Positions 27,543 to 40,477 are shown, numbered from the stretch's first letter. The stretch is 64,000 nucleotides of DNA from Octopus sinensis (GCF_006345805.1 NC_043003.1:19840001-19904000); one strand, 5' to 3'. The notes: generated by a model not told the origin, from the sequence alone. Numbers and translations are program-made.

Positions 27543-28241
27543 TTTATATACTGTTGTGTCTGGGGAGAGTCATTGTCTTTTAGTGCCTTATAATCTAACA
27601 CACGCGCAGGTAAAAGTTCCACTCATTTAGTTATTTTTCTAAAATTTTCGTTGCGTCTTGCAACCTTTTCACTAGTTGTTCACTCTGTCCATTATTCAAG
27701 CTGCGTTCTTTTGTTCCTTTGTGCGCACGTGTATGGGTCAGTGTATGTGCGCATACACACGTATGTATGTGTGCATGCATATAAATGTGTGTATGCATGT
27801 ATGTATGTGTGTGTGCGTATGTATACATGGTTGTATGTGTGTACGTTTCTATGTATGTATTCTGCATATTCATGTATTTGTGTGTTTTTATGCGTGTGTG
27901 TATGTGTGTGTGTACCTCTGTCTCCTTGTGTGTGTATGTCTGAGTGTGTCTGTTTGTGCGTGCATGTTTGGGTTTTTGTGACTATGTACTGTGTCTGTAT
28001 GTATGGATATGTGTCTCCATATGTGTCCTTGTGTGAAGTGAAGTGTGTGTGTGTGAATATGGTCATATGTGTTCAGTCTTCATTTGCGTATGTGTGTGTA
28101 TGTGTGCTTGTTCATATTACCTATGTACCTATCCATCAGTATGTCTATCTGTTTATTTTCATATCCATTTGCCAAAATGCATATACATATACATACATAC
28201 ATACATACATACATACATACATACAGACATACATACATACA

Positions 28242-28275
<34 letters not shown>

Positions 28276-29319
28276 CATACATACATGTGTTTTTGTAGGT
28301 AAATTATATTCCTTTTGTTTCTCATTGTCCAATATGCAACTGAGGCATGAACTCACCTTCCTTTGTCACGCAGCACTATCAGCCAGACTTTTTTTTTTTT
28401 TTACCCCGACCGATAATTTATAATTCGGTCTGCCCGTTTAAAGTAATTCCAGAAAGAGATGAAAATAGATACATGCCAAAAAAAAAACAAGAAAAAAAAA
28501 AAAAACAAACAAAAAAAGAAAAGAAAAAACAAACAAACGCTTTTCATGTTTCTTATTTCGTTCTCAACATTTATGCATTCACTAGGTGAAAAAACGAATC
28601 TTGTTACCGCTGCCGCTTTTATCGCTATTCGAGTCACACTGACTGCACCTTTAGTATAAACTATGTGAACTTTTATATCATCCCAGGAATCATTTGTTTC
28701 AGACAAAAGACAATTTCAAAACAATTATATATTTTGTATTTCTCAAAATAACTTCCATTTACTGCTACTGCTACTAACATTAACAATAAATTAAGTAAGT
28801 TGCCGAACGAAGAAGGTTAAGTGACAGAACGACAACTTTAAATAACAGGTCGAAGATCGTAAGTAACGTTGAAGCCCAATAATTCACCTGAAATGAATCT
28901 TGGGGGTTTTCATCGAAATCTCAGCGCTGTAAATTAATTGTACAAAGTAACATAAATTATTTATTCCAAATTCGTTGCGTCCAGCTTTCATAACGCATTA
29001 ATTTATCTACAGAGGGACACACTTCAATTGTTTCAATTATGTATAGAAGAAATAGTAATAAAAATTTCATATTCACACGCAATTTCTCTCCTCTACGCCT
29101 TAATGTATGTATGTATGTATGTATGTATGTATGTATGTATGTATGTATGTATGTATGTATGTATGTATGTATGTATGTGTGTATGTGTATATATATATAT
29201 GTGTATGTACATGTACATATATATATATGTATATATATGTACATATATTTATATGTATATATGTGTACACATGTATATACGCGTGCACACACACACCACA
29301 CACACACACACATATATAT

Positions 29320-29515
29320 GTCAGGTGAGCTTGTAGAAACGTTTGCTGCTCGGAAAAAATATTTGTGGCATTTCTTCTGGCTCTTTACGTTATGAGTTTA
29401 AATTCCGCCGAGGTCATCCTTGACTTTCATCCCTTCGGAGTCGATAAAATAAAGGACCAGTCAAATACTGGGGTCAACGGAACCAACTTCTCACCTTTCT
29501 TCAAAATTATTGGCC
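29320..29515 (+). mobile_element. Degenerate SINE family A, tail ii
   Basis: Diverged core aattccgccgaggtcatccttgactttcatcccttcggagtcgataaaat. Confidence 0.7.
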
Positions 29516-29629
29516 TTGATTCCTGCAATGGACTAGCGTCTCTTTCAGGGAGGGTGTTGCGGTCTTGGTCACATACACGTGATGGAAATCGGGTAATCGG
29601 CTTTATGAGTCTCAGGGGTCAATAAAAAA

Positions 29630-30004
29630 GTATATATGCAAGGAAGAGACAAAATTCTTAAAATATGCAAAAGATCAAAAGATAGGCACTATTCCTTAGT
29701 TGATTGGGGGAACTCTTGATGAAGCTACTAGGAACACAATAATTAAAAATAAAGAGCATTTGTACCAACAGTTAAGAGAACAATGGAGTAAAATTGCGCC
29801 TAGTACCTGCAAGAAACTAGCTAATTCAATGCCTAACCATATAAATGTGGTAATTGATGCTAAAGGAGGGTCAACCAGATATTAAAACTAAAGTATGATA
29901 TATTGTGAAATATACCATAATCTACCATGTGCACAAGTTTAATTAACATTGAGATAGCAGAACCCCAAAACATTGGGGTGGCCTAATACTTTTGGCCAAG
30001 GCTG
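29630..30004 (+). mobile_element. Tc1-type transposon 3' fragment
   Basis: ..KNKEHLYQQLREQWSKIAPSTCKKLANSMPNHINVVIDAKGGSTRY* and right TIR cctaatacttttggccaaggctg-TA. Confidence 0.85.
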
Positions 30005-30810
30005 TATATATATATAAATATATATATGTATTTATGTATGTATGTATGTATGTATGCATATTTGTGTGTATGTGTGTATGTAAGGGAGAGAAAGAGAGAG
30101 AGTGTGTGTGTGTACATTTGCACATGGGTATATTAATTGTTTCTTAATACACTAAACAACGTATTTGGATTATTGAATAATAATGAAATATTACAAAGCA
30201 TATCTTGCTTTATAGTCACCAGTGTAATGTTTTTGTATGTACTGAACACACTACGACGAATGCTGACAAGCATTTGCTTATTAATCTTTTAACGAACAAA
30301 AAAAGTGAGATTGATTTGACATGGAGTCCTCGTCGATACCTATTCCAGAAACCACTTAACCATGGTTTCACTGCCCACGGATAGTTGTAAAGCTCTAAGC
30401 TATACATAATCACTCTATCTAATACGAAGCTTGTAAATCCGATTTGCATAAATATGCAATTCGCTATGCCGACAATATATCCAATTAATTATTTATGTTC
30501 GAAACAGAGATTTCGCTTAATTACATATCCTCGGTAACTGAAATTCATATTCCGAAATATGCCACTAATCAAATTTCCTTAGTAGGCGATAAATCACAAG
30601 ACTTCAGTATATATTACAATTATATTACAATTATACTTCACTTGTATACATCATGTTATGTAACAAGAATAAAATTCTTTTTACATACAGTACTTTTTGT
30701 GTATACAAAATTTAGTTCTGTTCCACCGAGCCTATTTTTATTCATAAGGATGTATGTATGTATGTATGTATGTATGTATGTATGTATGTATGTATGTATG
30801 TATGTATAAA

Positions 30811-31045
30811 TCGCTCAAGTCCATCCATGCACCGGGATGGACTTGAGCGAACGATCATAACTGGCAAGGTGAACAACAGATGTAAAAGAGGCAGACCATC
30901 CACTTCTTGGCTGAAAGACATCGCAGTCACAGGATTGTCTTTATTCTCATCTGTCCATGGGGTAGAGGACAAGAGAAGGTGGCAAGACATCGTGATGACC
31001 ACAGCATCGCATAGTGCGACACCTGATTAGGATGACGATGATGTA
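30811..31045 (+). mobile_element. RTE LINE 3' end, 5'-truncated
   Basis: DGLERTIITGKVNNRCKRGRPSTSWLKDI..EDKRRWQDIV then (GAT) tail. Confidence 0.8.
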
Positions 31046-31079
31046 TAAATATCAAGACATTTGTGAGGTTGGTCACGAG

Positions 31080-31370
31080 TGCTGCTGTTAACATGGAATC
31101 CAGTACAACTTGTTGCATGGTCGGGTCGCCGGCGACTAAACCGGTACCTCCACTAGGCTTGCCTGGTGAAGAACGTTGCGAGACAGTCAGCAGGACTAAG
31201 GATGGAGGAATCTAGTATAGGTTCAACGACTATCTAGCAATAGCACAAACCCTCAGAAATTACGGGTTGGTGCCTGGTATGTTGGAAGACCACTGGGAGT
31301 GAGGCTCCCATCAGCTTTTGCTAAAGCATGTCTCTAGGAGAAGGTCACTCTGATATAAAATCGGATATGC
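31080..31370 (+). mobile_element. Dispersed repeat, putative RTE-type 5' region
   Basis: Aligns with 23880-24345 (reverse complement). Confidence 0.55.
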
Positions 31371-31447
31371 AAGGAATGGTACTGAATTTTTTTGAGACTT
31401 TTTGCTTGCGCTTAAGTTTATGACGTCCCACATTCCCGAGACTGCAA

Positions 31448-31596
31448 CCCCAGTGCGTAACTGGTACTTATTTAATCGACCTCGAAAGGATGGAAGGCAA
31501 AGTCGACCTCGGCGGAATTTGAACTCAGAACGTAACGGCAGACGAAATACCGCTAAGCATTTCGCCCGGCGTGCTAACGTTTCTGCCAGCTCGCCT

Positions 31597-31597
<1 letters not shown>
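31448..31597 (-). mobile_element. SINE family A, 3'-truncated
   Basis: Head and core near consensus. Confidence 0.88.
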
Positions 31598-31633
<36 letters not shown>

Positions 31634-32427
31634 TGATTAACAGGTTGACTTAGCTTACTCATCTCGCTGAAAGTTTTATTGCATATCTAAATATATTATA
31701 GCCTTTGAGCCTGTTAATCATTAACTACTCTTTCACCTTACTTATACGGAAATATGAACTAAACAGTAGGTCAAGAACCCTATAAACTATAAACCAACAA
31801 GCGTCACCGTATATATATATATATAATAATATATTATATATATATATATAATATAATATATATATATATATATATATACACGCACACACATACATACACC
31901 ACATATATACATATGTGTGTATATGTGCATATAGGTATGCACATAAGAATTACACACACATACAAACATATACGCATATATATAGATTTATGCATATATA
32001 CGTGCACTCACACACATACGCACACACACACACACACACACATATATAATGTAATATAATATATAACTTAATAATGCAATAACGTATTTATATCAAAGTA
32101 AAAAGCAGATAAAGCACAAGTAGGCTTAATGGATATATTTACATGGAATACAGATAAACAAGAAGAATGTCTTATCTTGACAGCTGTTTCGGATAAAGAA
32201 TGACTTATGCCATAACCATGTCTATTATGTAATAAAAATTTCTAATGTCGTAGGTGTATGGAAGAACACAAATTTTTATTGATTTGCGAAGAGAAATCAT
32301 ATTACCATCATTTGAAGATTCTGGTTAAATGCGTATATATGCTTAGCGATGTTTACACGCACACATACGCACACATACGCGCGAGCACATACAAGCTATC
32401 TCTCTCTCTCACACACAGTCACACACG

Positions 32428-32475
<48 letters not shown>

Positions 32476-32664
32476 TACATGTGTTCTATGGGAAGCGGGG
32501 TGAGAGGGCAGAGCAGGAGTAAAGGAAAGAAACAGAGAGAAAGATAGAATGGGTGGGGTGCGGTAATAAAAGTGTAATTCGTGCTTAGGCGATATTAAAA
32601 ATAAAATAGATCATAAAGGATGAGGATGTGACCAAGTGAAAGAGAGGTTTGTCAAAGTCTAGAT

Positions 32665-32795
32665 CAGTCGTGGACTTTCTGAATGGTACGCTAAACGAAA
32701 AGATTACCTTGAATCTGATTTTTTAATAATGCGAGTCGTCTGATATTGAGTCATATCTTATGCAAACCGCTTCTGGAAAAGGTTGTCCATGCCTG
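32665..32795. mobile_element. Possible old hAT MITE
   Basis: Right end ggttgtccatgcctg; imperfect left end; 8-bp flanks gtctagat/gtaaagat (6/8). Confidence 0.35.
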
Positions 32796-32994
32796 GTAAA
32801 GATAATGGTAGGAGATGGTTGGCGGTAGATAATAAATAAACGTCAGTTGCAGAAATAAGCAGAAACTAAGGAAGAAAATATAAAGACGACGCGAACAAAT
32901 GGGCAATCGCAGTGGGGATGTAAACGAACCAACACCAATTGGGAGACAAAAGTAAGCGCAAAGACACACACAGATACAGGCACACATATGTATA

Positions 32995-33709
32995 TGTAAT
33001 TCAACAATATAAGGAATGGCCATAATAGGACATTCGACTCACTAGAAAGAGCAGCCAAACTCAAACCGCTAAATAGTTGTAATTCTGAAATAGAAAGAGA
33101 AATAAAAACGTTTACCCCTTTCATCTCTAGACTATGCATAGTTTCGGCAAACTTTGGTAAACAAATTAATTAAATTAAATTAGCGGAGAATTTTTTCTAG
33201 AATTTTTTTGCTACCCTTATATTTATTAATTAATGATTTTTTAGCTAATTTTGAAATTAAATCAGCAGTTTATATTTGCTGCTGAGAAGACCGCGCGATT
33301 GCGGTAGAATTTTGAAAATTTAGAGCATATAGACTGGAGGATTCTTTACCATCGCCTCGTGGACATATACTCGTCCTAGGCTTCTCTGCTGACGAGGCAC
33401 GCCAGTTGTAAATAAATTTAATTTAATTTAATTTAATTTAATTAATTTGTTTACCAAAGTTTGCCGAAACTATGCATAGTCCAGAGATGAAAAGGGTAAA
33501 CGTTTTTATTTCTCTTTCTATTTCAGAATTACAACTATTTAGCGGTTTGAGTTTGGCTTCTCTTTCTAGTGAGTCGAATGTCCTATTATGGCCATTCCTT
33601 ATATTGTTGAATGTATATTATATAGTTTTTGACTATCCTTTCTTTCTCATTAGACCGCTGGTAGCGGAGAATTTTTTCTAGAATTTTTTGCTACCCTTAT
33701 ATTTATTAA
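32995..33709 (+). mobile_element. PLE pseudo-LTR-like non-autonomous element: 481-bp unit plus partial repeat plus inverted 5' arm
   Basis: Direct repeat at 33181-33229 and 33662-33709; inverted repeat about 32995-33180 versus 33435-33612; hammerhead inside the unit. Confidence 0.78.
33383..33487 (+). ncRNA. Canonical type I hammerhead with extended stem II
   Basis: tctctg CTGACGA GGCA..GTAAATAAATT-(TAATT)n-AATTTGTTTAC..TGCC GAAA CTATGCATAG TC cagaga: perfect 6-bp stem I, palindrome ACTATGCATAGT, GUC site. Confidence 0.85.
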
Positions 33710-33817
33710 CATATGTATATGTATGTATGTATTGTATGTATGTATGTATGTATGTATGTATGTATGTATGTATGTATGGTATGTATGTATGTATGTATAA
33801 ATTCATGTGTGTGTATA

Positions 33818-33861
<44 letters not shown>

Positions 33862-34039
33862 ATATGTACATATATATATATGTATATTATAATATATGTA
33901 TATATATATAAATATACATACATCCATACATATATACATACATACATACATACAAACATACATACATACATGCATACATACATACATACATATATACACA
34001 CACACACTCACGAATTTTTGTTTTGCTAGATACTTGATG

Positions 34040-34420
34040 TAAAAATCGTGTGTTGAAACAGATATTATGTTTCGGGACGGTCATTTTTCTTGCCAAATAA
34101 GCACACACACTATATATTTGCCCTTCACTCGTTTATTATTGTTCTTATTTTATCTTATGACCATTGTCTGGAAATCTTTCGTCACACATCTGTCACCTCT
34201 TCAGTGACTTTTCTAACCCACGTGTAGCCTCCTGTTTACTAAGCATAACATGAGGATACACGTGAGATAGAAGAGTCACTGAAGAGGTCACAGATGTGTG
34301 ATGAAAGAATTCCAGACAATGGACATAAGATAAAATAGGAACAATAATAAAAGAGTGAAGGGCAAATATATACTGCGTGTGTTTATTTGGTAAGCAAAAA
34401 TGACCGTCCCGAAACAATAC
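34040..34420. mobile_element. Foldback element of two inverted PLE pseudo-LTR ends
   Basis: Arms about 34068-34232 and 34252-34416, 20-nt loop; similar to the pLTR end at 35975-36060; each arm has CTGAAGA-G-GT(C/G)ACA-gatg-TGTGA(C/T)-GAAA. Confidence 0.8.
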
Positions 34421-34489
34421 ATATATACACATATACAACATACACACACACACACATACACAGACACGCATACACAGACACACACACAG

Positions 34490-34807
34490 ACACATATACA
34501 CATTTATATACAGTTTCCGTCCATCAAATTCACTCGCAAGGCATTGGTCGGTTTGGGACTATAGCTGAAGGTACTTGCCCGAGGTGCCGCGCAGAGGGAC
34601 GGAACCCGTAACCTCGTGGTTGTAAAGCGAGTTTCTTAACAACACAGCCGTGTCTGCACCTATGCATAAATGCATACATACATACATACGTAAATATATG
34701 TGTGTATGTGCGTGTGTGTATACATATACATACATACAAAATACATACATACACACACACACACATATATATATGAATATGTTTATGCATATGTATATGC
34801 ATATGTG

Positions 34808-34839
<32 letters not shown>

Positions 34840-35532
34840 GACACGCATATACAGACACACACACAGACACATTTATATACAGTTTCCGTCCATCAAATTC
34901 ACTCGCAAGGCATTGGTCGGTTTGGGACTATAGCTGAAGGTACTTGCCCGAGGTGCCACGCAGAGGGACAGAACCCGTAACCTCGTGGTTGTAAAGCGAG
35001 TTTCTTAACAACACAGCCGTGTCTGCACCTATGCATAAATGCATACATACATACATACGTAAATATATGTGTGTATGTGCGTGTGTGTATACATATACAT
35101 ACATACAAAATACATACATACACACACACACACATATATATATGAATATGTTTATGCATATGTATATGCATATGTGTATATACACACACACACACACACA
35201 CACCACACACAGACACGCATATACAGACACACACACAGACACATTTATATACAGTTTCCGTCCATCAAATTCACTCGCAAGGCATTGGTCGGTTTGGGAC
35301 TATAGCTGAAGGTACTTGCCCGAGGTGCCACGCAGAGGGACAGAACCCGTAACCTCGTGGTTGTAAAGCGAGTTTCTTAACAACACAGCCGTGTCTGCAC
35401 CTATGCATAAATGCATATATACATACATACAAAATACATACACACACACACATATATATGAATATGTTCATGTATATGTATATGCATATGTGTATACATA
35501 CACACACACACATACACACACACACACCACAC

Positions 35533-35560
<28 letters not shown>
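34490..35560 (-). repeat. Tandem triplication of a ~370-bp unit (SINE B head plus CA/CATA repeats)
   Basis: catttatatacagtttccgtccatc at 34501, 34870 and 35242. Confidence 0.92.
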
Positions 35561-35571
<11 letters not shown>

Positions 35572-35574
35572 TAC

Positions 35575-35850
35575 GAAGATGTACTTGCATAGCAAGTGAC
35601 TTGATCTGAGATCGTGTTCTGAAACAAAAGCTATTTCAGCGTGGGTGGTGTTTCTAAGCTATTTAAAGACTCACAAAAACCGTTAGATTCACTTCAACAT
35701 TTAAATTTAATTTGTCAAAATAATTTCCTCGCTTTGAAACCGCAACCAATTCCCTGACAAAATTCCGTGCTGCACGGAATTTTGTCAGTGAACAGGAGGC
35801 GGTTTTGTGAGTTTTTAAATGGCTTCTAAACACCTTCCACGCTGCAATTG
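35575..35850. mobile_element. Asymmetric foldback element with hammerhead-like remnants
   Basis: Outer arms 35637-35682 and 35800-35844; perfect central hairpin ctgacaaaattccgtg/cacggaattttgtcag (35754-35788). Confidence 0.7.
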
Positions 35851-36107
35851 TGTGTGTATGTATGTATATGTATAATATATATATATATTATATATATATA
35901 TATATATATATTATATATTATATATATATATATACGTTAAATATTTGTTGTGCAAGATTTTTTATGTGAAGTCGTGTGTTGAAACAGATATTGTTATATT
36001 TCGGAATGGTCATATTGCCAGTTTAGCCAATAAAACACACGCACTATATATTGGTGTTATTTTGCTTCAGTGATATTTATTTTTTACATTAATCTTAATC
36101 TTATTTC

Positions 36108-36151
36108 GGCCAAAGTTCTTCGTCACACTCCTGTGACCGCATCAGTGGTCC
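36108..36151 (-). ncRNA. Hammerhead-like motif in the inverted 5' pLTR (non-canonical)
   Basis: ggacca CTGATGC G GTCACA-ggag-TGTGAC GAAG AAC TT tggcc; one A shorter than the 3' copy. Confidence 0.4.
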
Positions 36152-36433
36152 TTTGTTTTCTTTTCACTTACTTGTGTCTCTCCTTACTAACCGTCAGCCA
36201 TTTTGTATTTATATGTATGTCTTCATCTGCGCATGCTTATATCTCTATGTGCGTCTATGTTTATTTGTGTGTGTGTGTGGGGGGATGCCTGTAATATTTG
36301 TATCTTCTGGTTATACATTCTTGTAATTTGTATTTTGTTTTTGTTGTTGTTGCTTTGTTCTAATTTTGTTCATGTGTTTACATCCACCCATTATTATCAT
36401 TACATATGCTTGTATGTATGTATAACAACAATA

Positions 36434-38668
36434 CTAATGACTACATGGAAGCACAGTTTACTATAGCTAGGACCAAACTTAGACAGATTTTAGGATTATA
36501 CATTAAGAGACAGAGACAGAATAAGACAGATGCCCAACAACTCGGGATTAAACCTGCATGTGGCCTACAGAAGCTCATTCAGCGCACGAGGAACGGAGAG
36601 GTGATATGCCTTCCCACGGATAAGTCCGGCAGGATGTCAATAGACAGCTTACCGAACTACATCCAGGCAATGCAACCTCATATCGCCAATACAAAAGTAA
36701 CAACTGTACAGGCGCATGAGGAGAGAGAAAAGGTCCTCAATGCCCACATGATGATGTGGACAATTGTTCTAGGACCTCAGAAACGTACTGCAAGGAATTT
36801 CAAAGCCTGGAACAATGATATCCCGGCACTGTATGGACTTCGCAAGGACCATAAAGGTTTTACTGACCCTATAGCAGGACCACCAACAAGACCAGTCTGT
36901 GGAGCGAATATTGCTAGCAATTACAGAATCTCCTACTTCCTCTCAATGATCATACGCCCTATAATCAGGATGTCACCTGATGTGTGTGACAGCACAGAAG
37001 ATCTCCTAAGCAGGATCAGTGACTGTAACAAAACTTGTGACTTGACAGGATGTATAGTAGGTAGCATGGATGTGGTATCCCTATACCCATCGATTGACGT
37101 AGATTTTGCAGTGGAGAAGTGCGTGGAGATGATCAACGAGAGCCAGGTGGAGTTCTGTAATGTCGACACAGAAGAACTGGGCCTCCTACTTAGACTGACA
37201 TATAATAGTGATACTTAGATAAACATAATCTTAGTAGTTTCTGCCCCAGTAGATGTTTAAGAGGTAGACCGCCTACAATTACTTCTATGGCTAGGAAGAC
37301 ACATATAGAAAGATGGCGCGGATGGACCAGAGCCATACGGAGCCCCGCAAATGTCCATCAGGTAAAGAAAATGATCGCACATGCACTAGGAGCTAGTTAA
37401 GAGTTACCCTAAAAGGCCACACATTTAAATTTAATAATAAAATATATGCCCAGGACGAGGGGGCAGCCATCGGTGTTAGTTTCGCTGGTGATGTGGCCAA
37501 CCTCTTCATGGTATGGTGGGACAGAAGGCTTAAAGAATGCCTACTGCAGAAATCCATACTTGTAAACATGTACTCTCGCTATGTTGATGATATCAATATA
37601 GTAGTAAAGGCACCCCCACAAAGAGTAATGTTGATATAGTAATAGAAACTAATACTATGGAGAGCATCCAGCCAAAAAAAGCTAACTCTATCCACCAGAG
37701 TATTAAGGTCACAATAGACTACCCCACTAAACACCCCCACCATAGACTACCAGTACTAGACACTGAACTCTGGCTAAATTGTGAAAAATAAAACCCAAAT
37801 CCTTCATTCATACTATGCAAAACCTATGACCTCAAATACCTGATCCACGGAACTCAGCCATTGCGGGCAATGCCAAATTCAATATTTTGATGGCAGACCT
37901 CGTCAGAATAATGAGAATGTGTCACGCATGTGCGAGCCTACAGAATTAAAGAGACACATACAGTATTTCATTCACCGCATGCAGTTCTCAGGTTACAGCC
38001 ATAAAGAAAGGGTCAGAGTATACAAAGGAGCCATGAAGAAATTTGATAATATATTATGTAATGATAGGAATGGGATTTGCCCACTCTATAGGAACAAGTC
38101 ATGGAACACTATAGAAGGACAAAAAAGAAAATAGGGAAGGCCAACTCTTGGTATGATAGCCATAAATACCAGAGTGTCATGTTCGTTGTTGACACCACCC
38201 CTGGAGGTGAACTGCGTACCGCTTTAGAAGGACCCTAGATAAACTTAAACTAAGAATTAAGGTTGTTGAAAAGCCAGGCAACCCTATCAGATCTATAATT
38301 GGTAGAAGCTATCCTTTAGTAGAACTCTCTGTACGGATAACTATTGCACTGTATGTAGATTTAGCCCACAAACAAACTGTAAAGCCAGAAATGTGGTCTA
38401 TAGTATAAGATGTATAGAGGGACGATGCAGTAACAAGACAGTAACATACGTAGGGGAAACAGCAAGAAGCATTGGTGAGCGGGTGAATGAACATTGGAGA
38501 CAACTCAAGGAAGGTAAAAGCTCATCGATTCTGTACCAACACGCTGAACAAGAACACGGGGGATCAATCAATAACATAGAGATTAAGATATTGTCCACAC
38601 ATAGAACAGATGCAACAATTAGACAAATTACAGAAGCTACACATATAATAGAAAATAACCTAGCCTGA
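36434..38668 (+). pseudogene. PLE reverse transcriptase plus GIY-YIG endonuclease, frameshifted
   Basis: LPTDKSG, LYGLRKDHK, RPVCGA, SMDVVSLYPSI, QDEGAAIG, RYVDD (37577-37591); EN region YCTVC..VVYSIRC..YVGETARSIGERVNEH..LYQH..EH. Confidence 0.9.
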
Positions 38669-38898
38669 ATAGAAAACTAGAATGGAGCAGCATAGCGCAC
38701 ACCACAACATATGACGATAGTGGATCCTGCAAACATAATAAATACACAGATAATTAAAGAAATAGAAATGAATAACTATATATATGTATATGTGTATGTA
38801 TATGTGTTATGTGTGTGTATATGTGTATATGTATGTATATATATATATATATAGATATATATATATATATATATATATAATATAATATATAAGGTATA

Positions 38899-38945
<47 letters not shown>

Positions 38946-39290
38946 TATATATAATATATATATATATATTTTTTTTTTTTTTTCAATTAGATTTATTATT
39001 ATTATTACTAATATTGTTGTTATACATACAAGCATATGTAATGATAAATGGGTGGATGTAAACACATGAACAAAATTAGAACAAAAGCAACAACAACAAA
39101 ACAAAATACAAATTACAAGAATGTATATAACCAGAAGATACAAATATTACAGGCATCCCCCCCACACACACACTAAATAAACATAGACGTACATAGAGAT
39201 ATAAGCATGCGCAGATGAAGACATACAATAGAAATACAAAATGGCTGACGGTTAGTAAGGAGAGACACAAGTAAGTGAGAAGAAAACAAA

Positions 39291-39335
39291 GGACCACTGA
39301 TGCGGTCACAGGAGTGTGACGAAAGAACTTTGGCC
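39291..39335 (+). ncRNA. Hammerhead-like motif in the 3' pLTR (A9 to C)
   Basis: ggacca CTGATGC G GTCACA-ggag-TGTGAC GAAA GAAC TT tggcc. Confidence 0.55.
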
Positions 39336-39451
39336 GAATAAGATTAAGATTAATGTAAAAAATAAATATCACTGAAGCAAAATAACACCAAATATATAGT
39401 GCGTGTGTTTTATTGGCTAAACTGGCAATATGACCATTCCGAAATATAACA

Positions 39452-39550
<99 letters not shown>

Positions 39551-39844
39551 GGTATGTATGTATGTATGTATGTATGTATGTATGTATGTATTGCTTGGAT
39601 TTCTGACTTCTGCTAAATGTGATAAATATTTAATGAAGGTGTATGAGAATAGGTGCTGTTCATGTTTCCCCATATGGTTATTAGAAGCATGAATTAAACG
39701 AATCGGTCTTTGTGTTCCCCAAAATATTGCCATAACTTGGAATTTCTTAGCACGAAACATATCTCCTCTTGAATACCCTATTCATTGACTTCTAGGTAAC
39801 ATGAAAGTCAAACACAGAATAGGTTTCGCATTGGTTAGATTTTC

Positions 39845-40030
39845 AAGCACGCAAGGCGATGGTTGTTTGTAAAAATGAAAAGGCACAGACCTTGTTGTGT
39901 GGTTGAGAAACTTGGCAACCAAGTGGTCTTGGGTTCAGTCCTGGCACCTTAGGTAAGTGTCTTTCACAATAGCACCAGGCCGACCAAAGCCTTGCGTGTA
40001 AATTAGTAGACGGAAATTGAAAGAAGCATG

Positions 40031-40085
<55 letters not shown>

Positions 40086-40336
40086 CTTTATTCTTTCTGT
40101 TTCAGTCATTTGACCGAAGCCATGCTGGAGCAACGCCTTTAGTCGAACAAATCGACCCTAGGACTTATTACTTGTGAGCCTTGTACTTATTCTATCGGTC
40201 TCTAATGCCGAACAGCTAAGTTACAGGGACGTAAACTCACCAGCATCAGTTGTCAAGTGATGGTGTGTTTGTGTGTGTGGGAAAAACACAGATACACACA
40301 CATACACACTCACACACACACACACATACACGTATA

Positions 40337-40367
<31 letters not shown>

Positions 40368-40415
40368 CATACATATATATATATACATACATATAAAAAT
40401 ATATACATACATATA

Positions 40416-40477
<62 letters not shown>

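Larger units (their letters stand above)
35988..39455 (+). mobile_element. Penelope-like retroelement (EN+), 5'-truncated, with an inverted 5' pseudo-LTR
   Basis: About 445-bp inverted arms at 35988-36433 and 39012-39455; RT and GIY-YIG between them; (TA)n on both flanks. Confidence 0.92.

Noticed and set aside
31070-31150. Full HDV-like ribozyme
   Set aside because: A P1/P1.1/P4/CTAA arrangement could be sketched, but P2, P3 and L3 did not fit in all three copies.
32165-32215. GAAACAGCTGTC (palindromic stem III) on the minus strand
   Set aside because: No CTGANGA core upstream; at most a half remnant.
33282-33312. CTGAGAAG-ACCGC..GCGGT-AGAA
   Set aside because: Both core segments are non-canonical.
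36406-36433. ATG start of the 270-aa ORF
   Set aside because: It lies inside the inverted pLTR arm; the real PLE ORF is 5'-truncated at about 36434.
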